Shown here: positions 13,075-26,304 of the stretch, one piece after another
How positions within the stretch are numbered: the stretch's first letter is position 1
Layout of the letters: each line of letters begins with the position of its first letter
NCBI GenBank assembly: GCA_030390025.1
Contig: CM059432.1
Span: forward strand, 47,804,001 to 47,868,000
Source of the DNA: Squalus acanthias
Lineage: Eukaryota
Length of the DNA stretch: 64,000 bases
Reading direction: 5' to 3'
Notes under the pieces: model-generated
What the model saw: the letters and a program-made list of their open reading frames with translations, nothing else
Database searches by the model: none
What the model was told of the DNA's origin: nothing
Translations under genes and position numbers: made by a program

Positions 13075-13330
13075 ATTGTGAACATCACAGCTGAGCCTGA
13101 GCCTGTCTTCATTTGACATCTACACGCACACACTTCCAGCAAGAGTGACTGGATACTGACTGGGAGTGGAAACGACCAGCTTTCGCTCTATTAAGCCTAG
13201 GGATACTGAGGCCCATTGCAGCACGCTGCTACAGCCGAGATCATCTAACCCAGTACAGGCTTGGATTGAGTTTTGGAATTCTGCTCTGTATGACTCAGTT
13301 GTGCATTGCTAGCTGAGCCATCAGGGGAGT
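13075..13330 (-). mobile_element. Old SINE, same family as 30215-30470
   Basis: Reverse complement resembles 30215-30470 (ggctcagctagc head, gatctcggctg, cagtcactcttgctggaagtg...ggctcagctgtgatg). Confidence 0.5.
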
Positions 13331-14696
13331 CCATGGTACAATATATCGGGCTCCAAAGCATAGTATTATTGTGTCACCCATGTTTGCCTGGTTTCCAATT
13401 CACATTGTCAAGGTACAAATATTCCATGAAAACATCAATGGACCAGGAAATTGAATGGAAAAATAAATTAAACAGAATTACAGAATTCAATAGTAGCATA
13501 CAGGACCAGTACCAGTCAAACAATATTACTTTTCCAGATGAAAAGGTTTATTTAGTATATTGGTGTATTTCATGAAACGGATATACTTATATTTTGCATG
13601 TTTATTTAATAATTTTCCAGTTCTAAAGTCAGCATTCGTATCAGGTCAGGATCAATGTAAATATTGACAATTTTTCCCACGTTTCTCCTTTGCCGAAGGT
13701 TTGTCATCTATAGGAATATTTCATGTCAGACAATGAGTGCCTGTTCTTAATAGAACTATCAGTGCGGAGGCAATCGCGTGCCCCTAGCAAGTGATCGGAG
13801 CGTGTACTGGCAAAGACCAGAGAACATTGCTCTCCATCAGAGAATGGTATATGGTGTGGCGGGGAAACTAAGACAGGAAACAAGGGGAGAAGAAAAGAGG
13901 GAATGATGTGCTCAATTACAAAAGCAGTGTCCCTCCTGATAAAAATTCAAACAAATGTCATTACAGAACTTTTGAAAATAGGACCCGTAACACTGCTCGA
14001 ATCTTTTCATAATTTCTTTCCAAATCTGTTCCTTTTTTTAGTACACGCATACAATTTTTTTTCTCAGCATAGATGATGGTGCAGGTGTCAAAGCAGCACA
14101 GCAGAACTAAAAGTGCCTTTTACAGATAGGCACATGAGCTAATGGAATCATATCTATGGTGACAAGCTGTAATCTTATCATTCCATGTTATTAGAGTAGG
14201 TAACACAGTATTTGAGTTTGATAGTTGGCAGCTCCAGCAAAATATAAAATGAACATCCTCATAGGTGGTATTGTTTTCATCATAAACAAATTTACTTCTA
14301 ACTTAGCCAACAGGAGTTAGAGATTAAAATGAAAGATAAAAGGAACAGTTTCCTCATGATTACTAAATAAACAATTTGTCAGTTCTTAAGTCAATAATGG
14401 CTGCACCTGTTCAATAAACAGTTTTACTGGCATTGGTCCAAAATGGGCAAAGAGATGGCAATTAAAGGGGCTTTGGTTTTCATCACCCCCTTATATTACT
14501 TCACTGCATGAACTCACCAGTGCATCTGGATTTCACTGTAACAGTAAATTATAATTGACAGGTCAACACGGGTTAAAGCAGTTGCTGAAGGCTGCCTCGG
14601 GAAGAATAATAACTTCGACAATATAATAGATTTCTTGTACCTATTGTTAATTCATGAAGCAGCTGTACTGTGTAGACTATATAAACTACCATATAT

Positions 14697-16748
14697 AAAC
14701 ATAGAAACATAGAAAACATAGAAAAATAGGAGCAGGAGTAGGCCATTCAGCCCTTCGAGCCTGCTCCACCATTCAATATGATCATGGCTGATCCTCTATC
14801 TCAATACCATATTCCCGCTCTCCCCCATACCCCTTGATGCCTTTTGTGTCTAGAAATCTATCTATTTCCTTCTTAAATATATTCAGTGACTTGGCCTCCA
14901 CAGCCTTCTGTGGTAGAGAATTCCACAGGTTCACCACTCTCTGAGTGAAGAAATTTCTCCTCATCTCAGTCCTAAATGTCCTACCCCTTATCCTGAGACT
15001 GTGACCCCTCGTTCTAGACCCCCCAGCCAGGGGAAACATCCTCCCTGCATCCAGTCTGTCTCGCCCTGTCAGAATTTTATACGTTTCAATGAGATCCCCT
15101 CTCATTCTTCTAAACTCTAGTGAATACAGGCCTAGTCGACCCAATCTCTCCTCATATGACAGTCCTGCCAACCCAGGAATCAGTCTGGTGAACCTTCGCT
15201 GCACTCCCTCTATGGCAAGTATATCCCTTCTTAGGTAAGGAGACCAAAACGGCACACAGTACTCCAGGTGTGGTCTCACCAAGGCCCTGTACAACTGTAG
15301 TAAGACATCCTTGCTCCCGTACTCAAATCCTCTTGCAATGAAGGCCAACATACCATTTGCCTTCCTAACTGCTTGCTGCACCTGCATGTTTGCTTTCAGT
15401 GATTGGTGTACAAGGACACCCAGGTCCCTTTATACATCAGCATTTCCCAATCTAGCACCATTTAAATAATACTCTACCTTTCTGTTTTTCCTACCGAAGT
15501 GGATAACTTCACATTTATCCACGTTATACTGCATCTGCCATGTATTTGCCCACTCACTCAGCTTGTGTAAATCGCCTTGAAGCCTCTTTGCATCCTCCTA
15601 ACAACTCACAATCCCACCTAGTTTTGTGTCGTCAGCAAACTTGGAAATATTACATTTGGTTCCCTCATCCAAATCATTGATATATATTGTGAATAGCTGG
15701 GGCCCAAGCATTGATCCCTGCGGTACCCCACTAGTCACCACCTGCCACCCCGAAAAAGACCCATTTATTCCTACTCTCTGTTTCCTGTCTGTTAACCAAT
15801 TTTCAATCCATGCCAGTATATTACCCCCAATCCCATGTGCTTTAATTTTGCACACTAACCTCTTATGTGGGACTTTATCAAAGGCCTTCTGAAAATCCAA
15901 ATACACCACATCCACTGGTTCTTGAGGGGCTGAATGGCCTACTCCTGCTCCTATCTTCTATGTTTCTATGTTTCTCCCTTATCTATTCTACCAGTTACAT
16001 CCTCAAAAAACTCCAGTCGGTTTGTCAAACACGATTTCCCTTTCATAAATCCATGTTGACTTTGTCTAATCCCGTTGAAATTTTCTAAATGTCCTGTTAT
16101 CACATCCTTGATAATAGACTCTAGCATTTTCCCTACTACTGATGTTAGGCTGTAGTTCCCTGTTTTCTCTCTTTCTTCTATTTTTAAATAGTGGGGTTAC
16201 ATTTGCCACCCTCCAATCTGCAGGAACTGTTCCATAATCTATAGAATTTTGGAAGATGACAACCAATGCATCCACTATTTCCATGGCTACCTCTTTTAGT
16301 ACTCTGGGATGCAGATTATCAGGCCCTGGGGATTTATCAGCTTTCAGTCCCTTTAATTTCTCCAGCACTATTTTTTTACTAATACTAATTTCCTTTAATT
16401 CCTCCTTTTCACTAGACCCTTGGTTCCCTAGCATTTCTGGGAAGTTATTTGTGTCCTCTTCCCTGAAGACAGAACCGAAGTATTTGTTTAATTCCTTTGC
16501 CATTTCCTTGTTCCCCATTATAAATTCTCCCGTTTCTGACTGTAAGGGATCTACATTTGTCTTCACTAATCTTTTTCTTTTTACATACTTGTAGAAGCTT
16601 TTACAATCTGCTTTTATGTTCCTTGCAAGTTTACTCTCATACTCTATTTTTCCCCTCTTAATCAATCTCTTGGTCCTTTTTTGCTGAACTCTAAACTGCT
16701 TCCAATCCTTAGGCTTGCTTCTTTTTCTGGCAACTTTATATGACTCCC
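14697..16748 (-). mobile_element. 5'-truncated CR1 LINE
   Basis: Minus ORFs 16066..16665, 15598..15915 ([13 protein letters not shown]) and 14782..15387; (catagaaa)n tail at ~14697-14725. A short plus-strand CR1 tail is inserted at ~15922-15975. Confidence 0.92.
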
Positions 16749-17328
16749 AAACTGAGACGATAAATACTCAACCACTGAGAAAATAGAAAGTCTTGATTTA
16801 ATTTATGCCTTCAGGTGTAGTGCCACCCTCACTGCTTAAAGGTGCATTGTTGTCAGAGTTCTCCTGATTAAATGGTGACTTAAAACATTTCCATCAAGGA
16901 TGATGGTACACTCGCCATCTGCTGTTGCATGAGAGCTCAACCCTACTTGGAAACTGCTACTTGAACAATGGAAAAACTAAGCCCTTTTGAATTTATTGCT
17001 ACTGAATACATCCTAACAGATTTGCAGTGTGTTGCCTTTACATGTTCAGGCACTTTGGGAGCTGAGAGTCCTGTTCACTGTGCCAGGGACTGCTCAGTTC
17101 CCAGGTGCAAAGGAGAGGAAAAAAGGAGGGAAGCCTGCAATGCTTTCCCCAGCTCCTGGGAAGCCTGGCCATCTCTCGAGAATCTAAGAAAAAGGAGTTC
17201 AGTGAGGGAACAATGCAATTTTAAAAACAAATACATTCACATTTGGAGACAGAGAAACAGAACCTGGAACTTCATTTGGCTTCACGCTAGACATTATAAA
17301 TTGATTTTAGGTTTTCCTTTAAAGAGAA

Positions 17329-17742
17329 TCCTAGAATCATAGAATGGTTACAGCGCAGAAGGAGGCCATTCAGCCCGTTGAGCCCGTGCCGGTTCTCTGC
17401 AAGAGCACTTCAGCTAGTCCCACTCCCCCACCCTTTCCCCATAACCCTGCAAAATTTTTTTCTTCAGGTACTTATCCAATTCCCTTTTGAAAGCCACGAT
17501 TGAGGCTGCCTCCACCACCCTTTCAGGCAGTGCATTCCAGATCCTAACCACTCGCTGCGTAAAAAAGTTTTTCCTCATGTCGCCTTTGATTCTTCTGCCT
17601 TAAATCACCTTAAATCTGTGTCCTCTGGTTCTTGACCCATTCAGTGGGAACAGTTTCTCTCTATCTACTCTGTCTAGACCCCTCATGATTTTGAACACCT
17701 TGATCAAATCTCCTCTCAACCTTCTCTGCTCTAAGGAGAATA
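17329..17742 (-). mobile_element. CR1 3' end fragment
   Basis: (atagaatc)-type tail followed by reverse-strand RT C-terminal sequence (aaatctcctctcaaccttctctgctc). Confidence 0.75.
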
Positions 17743-18584
17743 ACAGGCGAGTGGGCACTCAGTGACTAGAATGTCTCAGGTTTTTAATGTCACCTTCTGA
17801 TTCGTCTAATAATTCTGCAGCCATTTTATAATACAAGGGTCATTTTCTGTGGGCCTAGCACAGAGTGATTTGGCAGCTTAATAAAGAGTCCAATCAACAC
17901 CCGGCGTTTTCATCTCATGTAAAGAGCTTTCTCCTGTGAAGTGTATATATATACAAACGTCTGATTACCAGCATCCTTGAAGTACTTGCTTCAAATCACA
18001 TCACTGCTCTCCAGCAAGCAGCTCAGATCACAGGTTTAGTCTCATGTTCAGATATTTATCTGATGCGATAGCTGCACCATGCAGAACAGCTGCGGGACTC
18101 ACAAAGCATTACCAAGCCAGCTTGCATTTTATTTCATTTACTTTTTTGTACCTCCCCTGCAATATGGCCTGCTGGTTCCAAGCAACAACAAATGGGCAGG
18201 AGTTTGAACCCAGCTGCTAGCCTCATTCCTTTTTGCCACCCTTGCTGGAGGATTTTTTTGCCCTAGTTTTTGATCACATTGCTGAGACGGGGATAAGCTG
18301 CCAACTTGTACGCCGACAGTACACAGCCGATAGCCACTAACACAGTCCATGGAAAAGCCTGTAGCCTTCTTCACCCCACCTCTCTAAAGGAAGCAGTGTG
18401 ATGCTGAAAGACGACAATAGGATGAGAGGGCACAGTTTTGTTGTTACATACAGCACAGAAACAGGCCATTCGGGCCAACAGGTCCATGCTGGTATTTATG
18501 CTCTACACGAGCCTCCTCCCACACCTCTTCATCTAACCCCATCAACATATTCCTTTCTCTCTCGTGTGTTTATCTAGCTTTCCC

Positions 18585-19183
18585 AACTGCAATTATATAG
18601 GGCTCTGGTGAGACCACACCTGGATTATTGTGTACAGTTTTGGTCTCCTTATCTAAGGAAGGATATACTTGCCATAGAGGGAGTGCAGCAAAGGTTCACC
18701 AGACTGGTTCCTGGGATGTGGGGGATTGTCCTGTGAGGACAGATTGAGTAGACTAGGCTTATATTCTCTGGAGTTCAGAAGAATGAGAGGTGATCTCATT
18801 GAAACATACAAAATTCTTACAGGGCTTGACAGGGTAGATACAGGGAGGATGTTTCCCCTGGCTGGGGAGTCTAGAACCAGGGGTCACAACCTCAGAATAA
18901 GGGGTCGGCCGTTTAGGACTGAGATGAGGAGAATTTTTTTCACTCAGAGGGTGGTGAATCTTTGGAATTCTCTACCCCAGAGGGCTGTGGAGGCTCAGTC
19001 GTTGAGTATATTCAAGACAGAGATCGATAGATTTTTGGATATTAAGTGAATCAAGGGATATGAGGATAGTTCAGGAAAGTGGAGATGAGGTAGAAGATCA
19101 GCCATGATCGTATTGAATGGCGGAGCAGGCTCGAAGGGCCAAATGGCCTACTCCTGCTCCTATTTCTTATGTTCTTATGTTCC
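18585..19183 (+). mobile_element. CR1 3' fragment inserted into an older minus-strand CR1 tail (~18447-18585 and ~19185-19325)
   Basis: ORF 18726..19049 has LGLYSLEFRRMRGDLIE; (ttatgttc)n tail at ~19165-19183. Confidence 0.85.
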
Positions 19184-20972
19184 TGTAAATACGTCTATGC
19201 CATTTACCTCACCTACTCCTTGTGGTAGCAAATTCCATATTCGAACCACTCTCTGGGTAAAGAAGTTTCTCCTGAATTCCCTATTGGATTTATTAGTGAC
19301 TATCCTATATTTATGGCCCCTACTTGGCCCCCACATTGGTATATTTCAACTGTCACTGTCAGACTTGACTTCTCCAAGTCTCTCACTGGCCACCTGAACT
19401 CCAATTTACACAAACTGCTGCGCATCTAGAAATCGGCTACCTGCATCCTCTCATATCAAACGGCTGAGGAAATAAACAGCAGGTCCATCAAGCCCCATTC
19501 AACCTGGTAAAACATTCACCTTCCTCTTAACTGGAGAGGCAAAAAGGTGGGGTGGGGGAGGGGAACTGCAGCCAATTCAAAAAAGAACTCTGGGCCTTTT
19601 CTCTGAAAAGGTGTTTGCGTGTTTGCGTTTGTCTCTGAAAATCCGTGGGTTCAAACCTCCTGCATTATGTGGAGCATCGCCCCATGATGCACCTCCTCCA
19701 ACCTTATGGGGCTGCTAGGGTGATCTAAAAGTGTCCAGAAAGAGATGGGAAAGAGATAGAGGGAGAGTTACATGGGGAGAGTGAAATAGAGAGAGAGAAA
19801 GCAAGGGAGAAAGAGGTGAGCAGAAACTGGGAGCATTGCTTTGGGGGGCGGGGTTGGGGGGTGCGGGGAGCGATGCAGGAAAGAAGCTGGACGTGACATT
19901 TGGGGAGGGGACAACAGAGTGTCAGTATGAACCAGGAGGGCGGGAGAAGAGTGTGTCTCTCTGAAAGGTTGGGAAATTTGATAGGGTGCAGTGTCTCTGA
20001 ACTGGGCTTGGAGGAGGTAGAATGCCTTTGTGAATTGGTAGAAGGTTTTTATGGCCCAGATTTTGCTGAATAAATAACCGCGTCTAAACGACGCACGGCA
20101 TTATTAATGCGCAAATTGACCAGCAACCTTTGGCGAGGAAGAGATACCCCGTGAATTGCAAATTGCCACAAGTTTCTGTCCGATTTAAGCCACTCCACCA
20201 TTAGCTTTGCAAAAACGACATCTCATGCTTAACCTCCCCGTGCTTTTCATGAAGTTTCTGCATTTGCACATTAATTGCTTATTAAACTAGCCACAGAAAG
20301 TTAAGTCTAGTAATTAACAGCGCAAGTACCCATTTAACGACGATAAGTGTTAATGATTGCCAATCGACCTCTCTTTCCCAGAAAATAAACAATTATGAGT
20401 GTGGAGTCTCATTACTTTAGGTTGTGAACTGCTTCAGGAAATTTTTAAAATGTCAAATTTTAAATTTTAAAATTTATTTTCTAATTTTTCCTTTCTGTCT
20501 CTTTTTTCTCTCTCTCTCTTAGTCCAATCTTTCTATCCCTCTGTTTATTTCTCTTTCTGTACCTGATTTGACATTGAATTCATCCATTCTAATTCACCCT
20601 CCTTCTCAGGCCTTCCGCTATTTATTTCTCAATCCTTTAATCTCATTGGTTAAGGAGAAACACTGTTTGTCCCATCGTTCACCAAGGTCCTAGACACCAT
20701 GGCCGTGATTTTAGCATTGGTGGCGGGGTGGGTGCAGGTCAGGTGGTCGGCGGGTCCTGGTCCCGCCTCCGCTTTCATCCGGTTAAAAAATGCGATTTTG
20801 CCCTAATTGGGCAATTGATTCCCTGCGTGTGTGCTCCCCTGGCCAATTACTGCTTTGGGTCTACTACTTGCCTCTGCTGATGTCTGTGAGCCAGCTGCAT
20901 TTAAGGGGCCCATGCAGCCTTGGTTCATTTTCTCATTATTTGCTGCTGGATTTCCTTGTTACAACTGTTGCC

Positions 20973-22822
20973 ATGACTACCTCAAGGGCCAAGGCTTCTC
21001 CACGATTTGCTGATGCCTCCCTCCATGCTCTTGTGGAAGGAGTCAGAGGTCAAAAGGAGGTACTCTTCCCATCCTCTGGGAGGAAGAAGCCACCACAGCA
21101 GACCAAAGCTGTGTGGCTGCAAATTGCAGAGGAGGTCAGCTCGACATCGATGTGCATTCGAACCTGGGTGCAGTGCAGGAAAAGGTTCAATGACCTGGTC
21201 CGCTCAGGGAAAGTGAATATAACATCACCATTACCCTCAATCTGCTCCCCATCTCCTCTCATCAGCAGCACTCTGCATTGTCAACCTACTCCTGCACATC
21301 CCACTGTACCCTTACATCCCTTGCACCCTTAACCATCCCTCTCTCTCTATGTACACAATCACTTCACTATTCGACTATGCTGCCCTCACACTCGCTATCA
21401 CTGTTATGCAATGCCAACAACTAACAACGCACAGGGAGGGCCCTTGGTATTGGCAACTCACTCCATCATTCTCACTCAAACTCCACTTGTCTCCCTCATT
21501 GCAGGAAAAGAGAGCCCACAATAAGAGGGAGAGGGCTAGGATTTGCATCTCTTTCATTTACATTGCATGAGTGACTGATATGGCATCTGATGCTCATACA
21601 GATTGACTTATGATCATCTGCACTATTCCATGTGCATGCTACGTTAATAGCACATGTGTAACTCATGCCTTTACTCCCCCACAGGACCATCGACAGCCCC
21701 CCTCCCCACTGTCCAGGAGGAAGAGCCGGAGCCAGAAGACTCCTCTGACGAACCTGCAACCTCTGAGGGTGCAGCGTCAGCAGAATTATGCGCACCCAGC
21801 ACCAGCGCAGATACGCACACCTCGGTGGGACCTTCGGGAGATAGAGTAGTGTTGTCACCTGGTGGATCACAGCTCACAAGTGAGCATCAGCAGATGGTGG
21901 AGACAGGGACAGCAGTGGAGAGTCCTCGTCGGAGGTTGCAGGGCGCTCCCAGCTCTGCTCAGCTGCATGTGGACCCTGTGCCTCCGGGTCCATCCAGAAA
22001 GAGAGCGGTGCTGGAACTCCAGGAACAGGTGCAGGAGTCTCTGGCAGATTTTGTCTCCAGGGTTACTGCGAGTGTGGAGAGGATGGAGGAGTCCATCGCT
22101 AACATGAGCAGTGCTTTGTGGAGGCAATGGCGCATGAACGCACCAACACGGATAGGATTTCAACCTCCGTGGAAAGGATGGCAACCTCCGTGGAAAGGAT
22201 GGCAACCTCCGTGGAAAGGATGGCAACCTCCGTGAAAAGGATGGCAACCTCCGTGGAAAGGATGGCAACCTCCGTGGAAAGGATGGCTACGGTCATGGAG
22301 GAAATAAGTCGCCAGAATCAGGAAAACATGGTGAATGTTCAGAATAGAATGACATCTCTGGAGGAGCAATGGGAAGCTATTGAGCAGAGAAACCAGACCT
22401 TCATGGACGTCCTCTTGAGGAGGACTGCCAGTGCAGATACGGGTACTCATGGCCCCCCTGATGTGCAGCAAGGTGCTGTCAAGCCACTTGCTAGCACTGA
22501 AGTGGGACTGACCCATGAGAGGGATGTTGGTGGCAGGCAACAAGGAAGTGGGGGCTCCTCTCCAAGCACTCACACTCGCATGCCACTGAGTAGCCCTCGG
22601 TCAGAGCCCCACCAGAGTCCTCACCCAACCGAGATGGGCGTCTCAGCCCCTGCACAGACGCAGGAGGAGCAGACTGTTGCCGAGCCCTCACAGGCTCACA
22701 AACCCAGAGGGCGCCCGCCAAAGGTGTTGAAGCAGGAGCAGCATGAACGTGAGCAAGGTGCCTCACATCTGCTGAAGCCACAGGGGAAGCACCACGTAGA
22801 AGCACGCGTAAGAGGAAGATAA
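20973..22822 (+). pseudogene. Harbinger Myb/SANT-like DNA-binding protein gene, spliced (exons ~20973-21212, 21505-~21540, 21685-22822), disrupted
   Basis: PRFADASLHALVEGV...W.QIAEEVSS....RTWVQCRKRFNDL followed by a GT donor. AG acceptors precede EKRAHNKRERAR and the acidic exon. Exon 2 appears truncated and there is a frameshift near 22118. Confidence 0.8.
22161..22286 (+). repeat. 21-bp tandem repeat x6 encoding heptad TSVERMA
   Basis: caacctccgtggaaaggatgg repeated six times with one substitution. Confidence 0.95.
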
Positions 22823-23009
22823 AGCACAATTAGTCGCAAGGGTAGTCACTTGGGTGTTCTGTTTTATTGTCTTTTGTTTTCTTTAATATTTGACATTGTC
22901 ATCCTTTTGTGAATGGATTAAACAGAAGTGATGGCAAACAGTTGAAGTTCTGGCCTATGTGATCTGGGAAATGGAAGTTGCACATTGAAGGCTCAGGGCG
23001 ACTTGTATT

Positions 23010-24119
23010 TGTAATGATGGTGGAGGCTATGTGCTGAGCCACTTGTTCCTCAGGCAGCTGCAAGCCACAATGCTGTGCGATGTTGTGCAGTGCACAGCAG
23101 ACCACGACGATTCTGGAGACCCTGGCTGCTGAATACTGTAGGGCTCCACCTGATCTATCAAGGCATCTGAATCGCATCTTCAGCAAGCCGATGGTTTGCT
23201 CGGTAATGGATCTGGTCGAAATGTGGCTGGCATTGTAGCGCTCTTCAGCTTAGTTCGATGGCCTCCTCAATGGTGTCATCAGCCACGTCTTCAGGGGATA
23301 GCCCTTGTCTCCAAGTAGCCACCCAGAAAGTTGGTTTGGCAGATTGAAGAGCGGAGGCACACTAGACTGCTGCAGGATGAACGAGTCATGACAACTGCCA
23401 GGGTACTTCGTGCAAACATGCAAAATGTCCTTCCTGTGGTTACACACCAGCTGCACGTTGAGGGAGTGGAAGCCCTTGCGGTTGACAAAAGCAGCTGGGT
23501 TGTGATGGGGTGCCCTAAGGGCCACATGTGTGCAGTCTATGTCGCCCTGCACCCTTGGCAAGCCTGCCATATTTGCAAAGCCAACCGCACGCGCGGTTAC
23601 ACTTGCTTGATCCATGGAGAAGTGTATGTAACTGTGCACCTTGGCAAAGAGGGCATCGGTTACTTGCATGATGCAAGTGTGTGCGGCCGACTGGGAGATG
23701 CTGCTGATGTCTGCTGATGAGCCCTGGAAGGACCCTGAAGCAAAAAAATTGAGGGTGGCAGTGACTTTGACAGCCACTGGTAAGAGGTGTCCACCCGTTC
23801 CTCTGGGCTCCAGGTGTTGGAGCAGCATTGCGCAGATGTCACCGACTACCTCTAGCGAAAGTCTCAGCCTCCTTTGGCACTGCTGCTCAGTCATGTTGAG
23901 GAAGGTCATCCTCGGCCTGTAAACCCTGTGTTGGGGGTATCTCCTGCGGCGACGTGCATCCCTGCGCTGACGCCTTCTGCCCTGTGCAGCATCAGGTGAC
24001 TGAGCAGGAGGTTGGCGCTCCTGCTGTTGGTGCTGCTGTTGTTCCTGGTTCTGCTGCTGCCGTGGCTGCTCGTCCTCCGAATCTGAGGACCAGGATGAAA
24101 GGAAATAAATGGTTCCCAT
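23010..24119 (-). pseudogene. Harbinger (HARBI1-like) DDE transposase with one in-frame stop
   Basis: [40 protein letters not shown] and LGDKGY. After TAA at 23250-23252 the same frame continues with YNASHISTRSITEQTIGLLKMRFRCL and CCALHN. Confidence 0.88.
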
Positions 24120-24964
24120 GCTGCTGGTAGATATCGCCGTTGAAGAAGCGCTCGGTCAATGTGGGGAGAGGGTTTTCCCAGGAAGTCACAGTGGAGATGG
24201 ATCTCAGCTTCACCACTTCCAAGATCAGTAGACCTGCAAAAAGTTTTCCAAGACCTGAAAAAACAAAGTTCTGCCACCTGCAACTGATCCTTGTTGAGGG
24301 CTCTGTTTTTATGCTGGAGCTGCTGCTGTCAAGAAGGCAGCCACTTGTGAACCCAACACAATTAGCTGCCGTGGTTTGGGAAAGGCGTGGAACATGCAGA
24401 AAAAGTGGCAAAATCTAAAAGGGCTGTCAAAATGGCATTATCCAGGCAGTTAACAAGCAGTTAACTGCCTTAAGTGCCTATCCCGCCGCTTGGTGGCGGG
24501 ACCGAGTCTGTGAGCCCGCCTTTGGCAAAGTTGAACAGAGGTGGGTTGACGGCGGGATCGGAACCTGGCGTCATTTTTTTCAATTTTACCACCTGACCCG
24601 CCTCCAGACCCGCCCCCTGAGTGCCGGGAAAATCGCGGTCCATGTTTCTCTTGCTGCGCAGTTATCAGCTTGCACTTCCAGCAACTTTGTGGGAAAAAAA
24701 TTTACAACCTAAACGTGTACGAACAAGTCTAACTAACAGGGCATGAGATGCCCTGTGCCAGGAAAATCTAGGCTATACAAATAAAATATATATGTATAGA
24801 CTAAATTGCACATTTGTGTACTTCAGTTTTATATTCAATAGAATTGATGAATATTGGGTAAAGCTGCAGTTTAATCATGAAAAGTTCATGTCCCGCTGCA
24901 CTCCTATGGTAACTATTTTCATATGCCATATGTGAGGCTACTGGTTTTCACTTTTTATAGTATG

Positions 24965-25553
24965 GACCAGAAATTTAACTGGACCAACCACATAAATACT
25001 GTGGCTACAAGAACAGGTCAGAGGCTGGGTATTCTGCGGCGAGTGACTCACCTCCTGACTCCCCAAAGGGCTTCCTCCATCTACAAGACACAAGTCAGGT
25101 CTGTGATGGAATACTTTCCACTTGCCTGGATGAGTGCAGCTCCAACAACACTCAAGACATTCAACACCATCCAGGATATAGCAGCCCGCTTGATTGGCAC
25201 CCCATCCACCACCTTAAACATTCACTCCCTCCACCACCGGCGCACCGTGGTTGCTGCAGCAACTCGCCAAGGCTTCTTCGACAGCATCTCCCAAACCCGT
25301 GACCTCCACCACCTAGAAGGACAAGGGCAGCAGGCGCATGGGAACACCACCACCTCCAAGTTCCCCTCCAAGTCACACACCATCCTGTCTTGGAAATATA
25401 TTGCTGTTCCTTCATCGTCGCTAGATCAAAATCCTGGAACTCCCTCCCTAACAGCACTAATGGCTCATCACCATCTTCTCAAGGGCAATTAGGGATGGGC
25501 AATAAATGCTGGCCTTGCCAGTGACGCCCGCATCGCATGAACAAATAAAAAAA
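24965..25553 (+). mobile_element. 3' end of LINE (same family as 1742-2485)
   Basis: ORF 24923..25492 has NWTNHINTVATRTGQRLGILRRV...EYFPLAWMSAAPTT; same 3' tail. Confidence 0.85.
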
Positions 25554-25597
25554 GCTGAATTGTCTGATGTGATCCCAAAATACTAATAAAAATCTTG

Positions 25598-26304
25598 GGG
25601 GGAAAAATTGGGTTGCATTGCGCCTCCTATTAGTGCCCCTGGGCGTGGCGCCGCTAACGCCTCCCGTGAAATTCAGCGGGAAGTTAGCAGTGGCAGGAGC
25701 AGGTAGCACCCTGCGGTGCTGCGCCTCTGGCGATGACGTCATTGCCATGCGCAGTGCCCTGGCCGCAAACTTCAGTCGCACCCCCTGACCTACCGCCGGA
25801 CGATATGTCTGACAGGGCGAGGGTGGTGGTTTCGCGGCCACGGCGGCGCAAATTAAAGGGCAAATGCTGGGCGGCCATTTCTTTTTGGCTGGCTGCCAGC
25901 CAGCAACTGCCCCCTTCCGCTTTTTTATGCGGGGTGCCAGATGCGATTGGTCAGCCCAGCATTCCTCTTGAGTGCCGGGCCGCTTTCCCGGCACCCCGCT
26001 CCCCGGTGGTCCAGCAGGGCCTCGGTGCGCGCAGCGCTAGGCCCCGCCCCTTTAATCAGGGGAGGGAGGCCTGCAATGACACGGCGCTACGTGCTGATGC
26101 GCGTGGCGCTGCTGCACGTAGCACTGCGATATTCAATGGTAGCGCCCCAGGAAGGAGGGGGAGCGCTTCCAGTAGCACCCCGCCTCCTGCTTGGGGTGTT
26201 ACCACTGAATTTATGGCGCAGGGCTGCTAACCTTTTCGGGGCGCTAAAAGTAGTGCCCCGGCGAAGTTAGCGCCTCAAAGGGGGCACCACCAAATTATTC
26301 CCCC
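25598..26304. mobile_element. GC/CpG-rich Harbinger-type MITE
   Basis: TIRs gggggaaaaattgg / ccaaattattccccc; 3-bp TSD (TTG, or CTT if the boundary shifts by 1 nt); related to 30897-31465 and 6600-7040. Confidence 0.75.

Larger units (their letters stand above)
20701..24640. mobile_element. PIF/Harbinger DNA transposon, two-gene, near complete
   Basis: TIRs ggccgtgatttt / aaaatcgcggtc; TSD CAT (20698-20700 and 24641-24643); convergent Myb/SANT-like gene (+) and DDE transposase (-). Confidence 0.9.
20053..24773. mobile_element. Harbinger-type MITE hosting the 20701-24640 transposon
   Basis: Ends ggcccagattttgctg / caggaaaatctaggc with tat on both flanks. Host segments are 20053-20700 and 24644-24773. 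Confidence 0.65.

Noticed and set aside
22161..22286. 21-bp repeats as a CRISPR-like array
   Set aside because: Units are contiguous with no spacers, lie in a transposon exon, and the DNA is eukaryotic.
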